Shown here in pieces: positions 48,201 through 58,046 of a stretch of 64,000 bases of DNA; the stretch's first letter is position 1, and every line of letters begins with the position of its first letter. Source of the DNA: Lenisia limosa. Taxonomy: Eukaryota > Protista > Breviatea. A program made the position numbers and the translations under genes. The notes under the pieces were generated by a model. The model saw nothing but the letters and a program-made list of their open reading frames with translations, did not search any database and had not been told where the DNA came from. Where the stretch lies: assembly GCA_001655205.1 (NCBI GenBank), contig LPNZ01010514.1, positions 1-64,000 on the forward strand, written 5' to 3'.

Positions 48201-51200
48201 GCTGAGCATGATGGCCAGCTGCTCTTCTCTGGTTGAGTCAGATGTTTAAGATTTCAAGTGAGTGAGCATACCTAGAGAAGTTGAAAAGACTTGGCGGGTG
48301 TATAGGCTCCAGATCGTCTTGGGTGCCAACAAGGCCTTTCGGGAGGTTGCCTTCTTCGTCCTTCAGGAGGTCCAACGGTGAACGGCCTAAAAACGTCAGC
48401 AATGTATCCGAAAGTCCTGATTAAAAGTATCCTGTTACATTATTGGATCTCTGTCAAAAGAATAGCCGAGAGAGTTTCAAACCTTTCATTTCACTCAATA
48501 ATTGGATTTCTTCTGCCTATACAGGTGATTAAAGCTGTTTCAAACACATATCCAAATAAACTCTCTACTAGGGTGTACCTTGGTCATTCCCGTTTCTTCT
48601 CCCCTTGCTGCATTGTTCATTGCCGCATTAATGTTAGGTCCCATTGACAACGATCTTAGGATCTTCAGGCCGACAGATGTGGGATATTTATCGAGTTCCT
48701 TTGAAAGAGCTTTTGACCTCCTTTCTTTTGTTTCTTCGCAAACCTCCATCTAAAGGGGTCATTATTATTAAAATTGTCATGAATATTACTTACCTGGGTG
48801 GTGCTCTTGTCGGAATAGAGGGAATCTTTGGATGCCAAGATCTCAAGAAGCTAAGAAATCATGATTATCAGATGCCAAGATCTCAAGAAGCCCAGCAATC
48901 AATGATTATCAGATTATTTGCGTTGTGATTAGTTCAAAGAGCAATGACAGCACCTGGGAGTCGCGAGCCTGGCTTTCGCGGACTTGACTGATCTGGGTTG
49001 GCAGGTCGAAGCCAGTCATTGAGCTGATGGGGTCAGCTTGAGACAATGGAACTATTGTGTCGTCAGTTGACGGGAGGGAAATGGCGGGCTGGTTGATGGC
49101 AAAATGAGACTCCAGGCCCTTTTTGGACTTTGATCTTGAAGACGAGAACGTGGGTACAGTAGAGACTTCTCCCATAGTCTTCGGAGCGTTGAGGATGAAG
49201 GCGTCTTTGGCGGTCGAACTGGTCAGTAAATAACGGTAAACAAAATTAATGATGCTGCTAAGGTCTCACTTTGCAATACCCTCGAAGAATGTGGGCGGCT
49301 GAGCATCCCGTTTCGGTTTTCCCCTTGGTGGAGATGACTCCGTCGGCAATATATCGGGCACAACCAGCTGTGTGTTTATTGGAAGTGTAATTCTAAGAGA
49401 ACTTTTCATAAAATCCCAATATATTCTCGATACCTTGGGTACTGCAGGATCTTCTTCATTTTCCTAATGTGTGATTCAGAGAAAAGTGGTTAGGACATTT
49501 GGGGTTGTAACATCATCCAACTCTCATATAATGGGGTAAAAACACAAAATGTCCATACATTTTGAGGAACACTGACATCTGGCCCCTCCTTCCGGTCCGG
49601 GATCGTTGCTGTTGGTTTGTTTCCGGACTTTGCTTCATTGGTAGTGCGCAGCACCATGATAACCTGAAATGTCATGGTGAAGGTGTCCTACTTCTTCTTT
49701 CGAGGCGCCCCTCTTTCTTCCGCATTGTCGAACGTGTTTAATGTGTTTCTGATGGTCCACGTCTTTCCCACAGAACGGACATGGCTTGGTGCTTCCTTCA
49801 GGAGCAGGTTCTTTTCGCACTCTTTTGGCAGGTGCACTTACAAGCTCTTTTCTCTGATGCTGTCATGACAATCAACACAGATACTCAACATTTCACAATC
49901 CTACCCCTGATTTGGATCTGGTTACTCTCTTGAACTCTGACTCGCTCTCTACTGGGTTATTGGCATTGAATACTAGAGCATCGCTTGAAGCTCTGAACAT
50001 CTCTTTGTTGTTAGGAGTTAAATAATTTGCTTTCTTCTCTTGAAACTTCACCGTAAAAATATACAACATTTTAACAGATAATAAGAAAAAGAGCAGAAAT
50101 GTAGTCACAAGACTTCTTCATAATACTCACCTTTCTCTTTATACATATCATCCTCCTCAAGACAATCAGAAGCATGAGCCTCCACCATTGCAGGGGTCAG
50201 ATCGGAGAGATCCTTCTGGCAAAGGGGACAAGTGATAGCTAATTTGTAAAGTGACTTTTGTCATTTTCTGTGGAACTAAATTTTATTGCAGTCGTCTTGC
50301 TAAAAAAACCCAACTTTCTTTGAGAGACATTGGCGGACTTTCGGGCTCGGATTCTGGCAGCTGAAGAGACTTGGAGTCTTCGGGTCTGCAGGGTGAGAGG
50401 CCAGGAGCTCCATACTGTTGTGAGTAGTTTGGGAAAAACTGTTCGGTTTGAGAACGATTGAGCTGCGGCTCCGGAGTACGTTCGGGGGATGGATCTTTGA
50501 GATCCACAAACGGAACTGACGGGAGAGACGGCAGCGATGGCACTGTACCTGATGGGCTCTTCACACATAAGTCAATGTGAACTGATATTTCCTGGGGATA
50601 GGGGAGAGGTGTGTGAATGGAATTTAAGGAAAATTAAACTCCAAAAAACAACTCTTCAACTTGAAAATATTTTGAGAATTAAACCCATAAAAATAACTCT
50701 TCAATTCGAAAATAGTATTGTGAATTAAACCCATAAAAATAACTCTTCAATTCGAAAATGACACTCTTTTATTTGCTAGTCATGAATATTTGAGAGCCAT
50801 TCAGAGGACCCCTTCATACCGCTTGGGAGAGACCTGATAAATCATCTTCACAGATAAGGCAATTGGTCAAGGCAACAACAGAACCTATATCGCGTGAATT
50901 TACAACAACGCCATAGTTGCCATTCTTGACCTTTGCCGCCACAAACCAGCCGGCTCGTCTTGCTTCGTCACCTTCCGAGCTTGCCTCACTTTTACTCTCT
51001 CGCCCTTTGTTTTCTTGTATGTCTTCGGCTTCTTCGTCCGAGCTGGGGAGAGTTCATTTGACCTTCGTGTTCGCGACAACGAGCGAGGTTGCTGTGCAGT
51101 TAGAACGGTTGCGTATCAAATCGTCTGAGCCCCCTGGCTGTCAAACAAAACAATAACGCATGGAGCAGGTTGTAAAGTTAAGGCCAAGAGCATCTTCCAT

Positions 51201-51411
51201 TCAACAATGACGAACTGCTTCCCCACCTTCGGAATATTGTCAGCACTTTCAAACTCATCGTCGCTTCTATCATCGTTAACAATTCCATCAATTCTGTGAG
51301 TAATGATGTTGCGGGGGTGGGGGGTGGGGTGACAATAACAGTTAAAGATCGGATTTCTTCCACATTATTCTACTCTCCTCACATTTTAAAGACATCAAGT
51401 TCATTAGGCAT
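42226..51411 (-). CDS. SLX4: SLX4-like structure-specific endonuclease scaffold (3 UBZ4 fingers, long disordered region, SAP, C-terminal SLX1-binding domain)
   Basis: UBZ4 fingers: CLICEDDLSGLSQAEISVHIDLC, CPLCQKDLSDLTPAMVEAHASDC and CPFCGKDVDHQKHIKHVRQC. SAP-like segment: MPDYAGLNDKDLKFQLQRYGIHYESREQALELLPKIW. The C-terminus VTFLPITLSTLRLRAHKAGYAVGKKAWVKFADEQAILLVDE* resembles the Slx4 CCD/SBD. The Ser/Pro-rich ORFs 43640-44647 and 46524-47894 are internal exons. The start codon (51411) is tentative. Confidence 0.8.
48831..48912. repeat. 40-bp-period tandem duplication across a 3' splice site of SLX4
   Basis: gatgccaagatctcaagaag starts at both 48831 and 48871, each followed by a related aatc(a)atgattatca. 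Confidence 0.92.
50632..50760. repeat. Intronic tandem repeat of about 45 bp (3 copies) in SLX4
   Basis: aattaaacccataaaaataactcttcaattcgaaaat occurs twice, plus one degenerate copy. Confidence 0.9.
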
Positions 51412-51640
51412 TGCAGAGCCTAGCCCAGGAGTGCCGGTACCGAAAAAACGACAATAAAATAAAAATCTCGTTAACTATACCTCTGATTGTTTTTATCTCT
51501 TCTCATTTGTTTACGTTAGGCATAGTGCAAGAGGGGAGAGGCATAATATAAAAAAGAACAAAAGGATAGCGATCATCGATCAGCTATAAAAATGCCGAAT
51601 GGGCTCAATTTTGTCCTCTTTTCTGTTGTATCTGGTTAGT
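51412..51640. promoter_or_regulatory. Probable bidirectional promoter region (about 229 bp) shared by SLX4 and DDX54
   Basis: Divergent ATGs at 51411 (-, tentative) and 51641 (+). Confidence 0.45.
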
Positions 51641-54600
51641 ATGACTGGAGAAGGCATTTTGGATCCCTTTGCCGGGGCAGGCGACACTTCATTTCCAGTC
51701 ATCACGCTGCCAGGAGGTACTAGTCGCGTCTTCTTTGGCCCTCCCTCACGTTTTTAGCTTACGATGACGATAAAAAGTCTAATGATAGCAGTAAAAAGAA
51801 GAAGACCAAGAAGGCTTCATCGAAAGGATTGGGTTTTCAGAAAATGGGTAGGCAGTCTAACTGATGCTTGGTGTGAACCAGCTATTGAACTTCTGAACGT
51901 TGTCTTGATATAAAATACAGCAAATTTTATTTTTGCAGGTCTTGACAGCCACATTTTCAAGGCGATTATGAAGATGGGATACCAGGTTCCTACTCCCATC
52001 CAGAGAAAGACAATTCCTCCCATCATCGAAGGAAGCGACGTTGTAGCAATGGCTCGAACTGGTGGGTGGTTGTGAGGGCCATGGTGTTGTTGCTTGTACT
52101 GAGTGTGAGGCTTGTTTTGAAGAAATACGTAACCGCGCAGGTTCCGGCAAGACTGCCGCCTTTCTCATTCCCATCATCCAGAAGCTTAAAGAACATAGCG
52201 GCACCGTAGGTCTTTCTATGCATGATAAGCAAATTCTCGGTGATATGAATAGTTTATTTTGAAAGATAACTTAGTGTAGTATTTATTTCTTATTCATATT
52301 CTACAGGCAAGAGACCGATGGCAATTATGATTTTGTTTAAAGCATATCATGAGCCTATGCCCATTAATATTCATATCTATTATCAATTTTCTTTATTATA
52401 ATGTTTAGGTTGGTGTTCGTGCTATTATCTTATCCCCAACCAGAGAGCTTGCCATTCAGACTTTGTGAGCATTTGTTTTGGATTCATTATAAGTTCCCTT
52501 GTTTTCAACATTCTTCGCATAGCCAATATTTCACCTAATCCTTGTAGTAAGTTTGTTGAGTCATTCATCAAATTCACGGATCTTCGCTCATCTCTTGTTG
52601 TTGGTGGTGAAAGCTTGGAAGATAACTTCGACGCTCTTGTTGGAAACCCTGATATGTGAGGGGGGTCCTGGATGATACTGGAGCACACTCGATACTGGAA
52701 CTTTCATGCAATGTTGTCTTCTTATTCACGACTATTAGCTTTTAATATTGTCTTATTATTTAGTGTTGTTGCCACACCCGGACGTCTGATGCATGTTATT
52801 GGACTGGTAAAGCTCTCACTCAACTCCTGCGAATTTGCCGTCTTTGACGAGGCTGATAGGTATTCAAAACCGCTTCTTTATTTTGCACCAATTATCTGTA
52901 CCCGTTCTTCATTTGCACTAACCATCCTTAGACTCTTTGAAATGGGTTTCAAGACCCAGATTAATGAGATTCTCTACAAGCTCTCTCCCCGCCGCCAGAC
53001 CCTCCTGTTCTCAGCCACCCTTCCCAACGTTCTCGTCGAATTTGTCCGGGCTGGCCTGAAGGTTTGCTACCTCGCTGCCTCCGTTGCGTTTAGCACGAGA
53101 TCTGAATATCTAGGATCCCCTCTTCCTTCGTCTTGATTCAGAAAACAAAATCCCCGACACCTTGATGGTACGATGGGGGCTTGGAGCTAATCAAAATATA
53201 TCCCCAGATTAGATGAGGGTGATAGTTCCTTGGTATACTTAATGTTGTAGTTGAAGTACTTTTCAGTGACTGAAGGGGACCGTATGGCGGCTCTTTTCCT
53301 TCTTCTCGACAAATACATTGATTCAAAGAAGCGACTTATGATTTTCACATCCACTCAGTGGGCCTGGTGTTCTCTGCCGATTTGGTATTAATGATACGGG
53401 GTTGACCTTATTATGGTGTTCCTGTTTTGGCTGATGAGAATCTAATGAACCAGGCAAGTGTGCCAATTGGTGACGCATACCCTCAACATTGGAGGTTACG
53501 ATGCAACACAGTGCCATGGTAACCTTGACAGTGCAGCCCGTACCATTAACATCACAAAGGTAGGCTTTTGGCCATGAATATCATCATCCTTATCATGTAC
53601 ACATACATTTATGACTTTGGTTTCGAAGGTACGAACTAAACTGAGTTTCTTTCAATTCTTCGTTTTATTAAACAGCTTAATAGCAGTTCATGGTACAATC
53701 ATTTTTACCGTTCTCACTCTAACAGTTCCGAAACAAACAAGTCAACATTCTGGTGACGACCAATCTCGGAGCGCGTGGTATTGGTTGGTGGCTGGCTTGG
53801 CTCCAATCTGCTGACTGTTTCTATTTTGGTGTTCTATAACTCTTATTTTCTATATTTGACACATGTAGATATTCCCTTCCTTGATTACGTAATCAATTAC
53901 GAGTTCCCCGACACGCCAAAGAATTACATCCATCGTGTTGGTCGAGTTGCTCGAAACAACCAGCCGGGTACTGCTTTCTCACTTTGCTCACGGGAAGAGG
54001 TAGGGGGGTGCTAGCGTATACCGAATTTAATATGCCTGGATTTTATTTTGTCTTTTGTGAGCGCTCAACCCCCAGATTGCCTACGTATTGGACTTGCATC
54101 TGTACCTCTCCAAGCCCCTTTTGAATAACGATATGGCAGACCAAGGTGGGATGTCCCACTATCATATTAATCAATTCATATATTGAGCAAGGTAATGACC
54201 ATGCATGGTGAAAAGCCTATGTTGAATAACCCCTCAGTAATGCATGGTGAAAAGCCTATGTTGAACGAGGAAAACATCAACGGACTCGCCGGAGATGGGT
54301 GGGCGGTGTATTGATTTTTGTTTAGATGGGTGGGCAGCGGGTCATTTTATGTTTGGACATTTCTTATGCTGATGCTTCAGGTGTTATATTGGACAAATGT
54401 GCCCCGTATTTGTCACCAAGTACCATGAGAAGATCGAGTAGGTTTAGTGGCTTCTTTTGCTTTGAATGCAGCTTGATATTTCTTCTACCAATTCAAATAT
54501 CGATATCCTAAAAAAGTTATGTCCTTTTTGGCTTTTTTTTTTTGAGGTATATTCAATATGACCCTTTTAGGCATTTGAGGATACATTCGTCAGAGATGGG

Positions 54601-57600
54601 AGAGTTGCTAGGAGTAGGCTTGGCAGAATTGGGCTGCAGGATTTTGTAGCCTGGTGCTTGTATCTTTGATGTTAAAGCAGTGGAGTTACTAACCATGCAG
54701 CCTGCCAAGAACTCGCTGCAAGCGTACCGTCGAACTCGTTCACTTCCCTCAAAGGCTTCAATCGCGAGGTCAAAATCCCTGCCTATCCTCCCCCATCACG
54801 ATATTGGTGGGGAACGATAGGGATTTTTTTGACATATTAGTATTAATATATGTATCTGATTTTTTCTGATGGAATTCAGCTTACGATACGTGTTTATGAT
54901 TATTAAACTATTGTTCCTGCTTCAAAAAATGCTTTGATTGATTTTGCTCTTTCTTAATGCTGCTGCGGTCAAATATTTACGTTTCAGTTGCCATGATGCC
55001 TGAAGGAATGGTGCAGCGTCAGGATTTCTTGGACCAACTTCACAACTACAGACCCGAATATGTTGGTTTGGATGTGGCTTGTCACTCATTGAGGTCGGTC
55101 CTAAAAGGACTATTTTCCACTTGTCTTGCAGTCTGTGTTTGCGCCGTCATGTATTTAGACCATTTTCGAACTCGGCAAGGGTGGAGAAAACGCGGACACC
55201 AAACAAGCACGTGCCATGCAGAACAAACGACGAACCCATGACCGTGAGTGGCTGGTGGCATAGTCTGACGTTACACTTCGATTCACGCCTTCAGAAACAA
55301 TCAAGCAGGCTGATCAACTGAAGGAAATGACAATCGCGAAAAATATTAAATCGAGGGAAACAAGCAAAATGGTGGGTATCATTCACACGGTATTTAATTT
55401 ATATATTTTCTAGTTGGTGTCATTTTGAATATTACGTTTGTCACATTGTCCCTAATTTAAACCTTTCTAATATGGCAGCTTGATGGCACTTTCGATGTCA
55501 CCACCGAGGGCGTGTCCAAGGAGGCAATTGCCCGGGCCAGAGGCCTTTTGGAGAAGCAGAGACGGTGGGATAGCTTTAATTTCTATACGAGGGAATTACA
55601 AATGGATGGCTGATTGATTAGGCAAATGGAGGGTATCAAGAAAAAGAAGGGCAGCGCTATGACAAGGTCAACCTCCAAACAAGTCTGGGTGCTACATAAC
55701 AACATTTTTTTTAAAATGATACAATACCTTATCTACTTAGTGGTCAATTCTTTTTCATTCTCATCTTTTCAGGAAGACTTTTTCATTCCCCAAAGACCGA
55801 ACAAAACTATTGTGGCTGAGTCTAAAGCGTGGGGGGGGGGTTGCAATATTGTAAGGTTAGATATCAGGGACAGGGTTTTCATCAGTATTATGTTAAGGTG
55901 TGTACGGCCTCGGCTTAAAACCTGTTGTTTTCTTGTTTCTACAAATGATACGATATACCATGTCATATGTATCATTTGTGTACCACATGTCTCACACAGC
56001 AGTATGGGTGTGGATTCTGGATCATCAGATCTTCGTGCTATGGAGACGGCAAGCTTCAACGTTGGCTCGGATGACGGAAAGGTTAAGAAGGGCAAGACTT
56101 GGTGAGAGGGTGGATTTGTATTTTGGCCCAGTTAATGATGATTCTTGGGCTTATTTCTAAGGGATGAGAAGAAGATGCGCTTTGTCCATGCGGATGCAGA
56201 CTCGAGAAAGAATATCAAAAAGGTCCGAACCGAATCAGGAGCCAAGGTTGATGCCACGTAGGCGGGATAAAGGTTGATGCTAAGTAGAGTTCTTGTCAGG
56301 CTGTTGCTGTAGGCCTCTTTCGCGTGATCAATTACGCCTATTTATTCTCTCACCCCCCTCAGGTTTGTGTCAGATCGCTATGAGAAGTGGATGAAAAAGA
56401 CCCATCAAAAGATCCAGGAGACGGGTGAAATGGAAACAGAAAACTCCACCTCGTGGGTGAACATTTAATGATTTTGATCAGGTGTGTGGCATGTTTAACT
56501 GTTTAGGAAGAAGTGGTCAAAGTATCGCCACAAGTCCACTCGCGAAGATCACGAGGTAGGTTTCATTCTTACCCTTCTATTTCCCTTCATTCTTGCCCTT
56601 CATTCTTGTTTTTAGTTCCTTACCCTTCTCTTGCTCTTCATTGTTTCCTCTNNNNNNNNNNNNNNNNNNNNNNNNNNNNNNNNNNNNNNNNNNNNNNNNN
56701 NNNNNNNNNNNNNNNNNNNNNNNNNNNNNNNNNNNNNNNNNNNNNNNNNNNNNNNNNNNNNNNNNNNNNNNNNNNNNNNTTTGTTTCCTCTCTCCCTTGC
56801 CCTTCATTCTTGTTTTTAGTTCCTTACCCTTCTCTTGCTCTTCATTGTTTCCTCTCTCCCTTGCCCTTCATTCTTGTTTTTAGTTCCCCTACCCTTCTCT
56901 TGCTCTTCATTGTTTCCTCTCTCCCTTGCCCTTCATTCTTGTTTTTAGTTCCCCACCCTTCTCTTGCTCTTCATTGTTTCCTCTCTCCCTTGCCCTTCAT
57001 TCTTGTTTTTAGTTCCCCTACCCTTCTCTTGCTCTTCATTGTTTCCTCTCTCCCTTGCCCTTCATTCTTGTTTTTAGTTCCCCTACCCTTCTCTTGCTCT
57101 TCATTGTTTCCTCTATCCCTTATTTTCAAGGCCAAAGCAAACAAGAAGAAGGAGGATCGTCTTCGTTCAAAGGACGAAATCCAAAAGGAGCGTAGAGTGC
57201 AGGCCAAAAGAGACGTGGGGGGGGGGGAGATACTGTCTCAGTGACCAAATGTAACGTTTTGTACAATTCCACATAACGACCTAGGCAAAGAGACGATCAA
57301 AGGACAACAAGGCACCCACAGCAGCCGGACAGCACGGACCTCTGGGACCTGGTGATCATCGAAGAGGCATGGGTGATGGCGGAAGTAGGGGGGGTTTATC
57401 ACAATTGTTGACCATTTCAAGGGTCTCTGTCCATGTCACTGTAATAGTATATGATATAATATATATATCATATAATATATCATATAGTATGCTATTTACA
57501 GACACGCAGGAAGCCAATTTACCTACAACTCTGTACACACAGCTTCCTACGTGTCTGTAATAATATTCGTATCGAATAAAATAAATTTGAGATTGCTCAT

Positions 57601-57864
57601 TTCATTTGTATCAGTGCCAAAAACTCCAAAGGCAGCAGCTATCAAAAAAGGCAAAATCGCGGGCAGGAAAGGCAAGGTCCAACTTGGTGTTAAGGTATGC
57701 ATCAATTGGTGTTAATGGGTCACATGAAGGAAGTGACGGTTTGTTGTTTTCAAGTCAGTGTTCTAATGTCCATTTTCCCCCCTTTCCGCCAGATTTCGAA
57801 GTCCAAATTCAAGCCTGGAGGCTCCGCTGCAGGTGGAGGAAAGGGAAAGAAGGGAAGGAAATAG
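51641..57864 (+). CDS. DDX54: DEAD-box RNA helicase DDX54/Dbp10 (60S biogenesis)
   Basis: [72 protein letters not shown] and [10 protein letters not shown]. The Dbp10 C-terminal motif [13 protein letters not shown]...[14 protein letters not shown] is present, with a basic tail ending GKKGRK*. Confidence 0.95.
54201..54265. repeat. 39-bp-period duplication of an exon start into the preceding intron (DDX54)
   Basis: atgcatggtgaaaagcctatgttgaa starts at both 54201 and 54240. Confidence 0.93.
56560..57125. repeat. Intronic pyrimidine-rich minisatellite, 64-65 bp unit, at least 6 copies, interrupted by an N gap (DDX54)
   Basis: Unit starts (tagtt) at 56613, 56817, 56881, 56946, 57010 and 57075. 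The intron donor is at 56556 and the acceptor at 57129-57130. Confidence 0.95.
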
Positions 57865-58046
57865 ATATGGTAATTTACAATGCAACTTTTTTGAACATGG
57901 CCATCCGATACACCATTGCTCCATGAGTGGGGGGAGATAAGCACAGCATGAGCATAAATAATAAGGTGGTGCATTTGGGTTGAGATGACTTCCGACAAAC
58001 TAACTAAATTGATACATACACAAACTACAACAACATTAAACCTAAA

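Noticed and set aside
24506-51411. DNA-repair gene cluster (XPD + SLX4)
   Set aside because: The two genes are 14 kb apart and separated by three unrelated genes, which is compatible with chance in a gene-dense genome.
56560-57125. CRISPR-like array, or the 243-aa ORF 56513-57244
   Set aside because: The units are contiguous with no unique spacers, lie inside a eukaryotic intron, and the ORF is simply the translated minisatellite.
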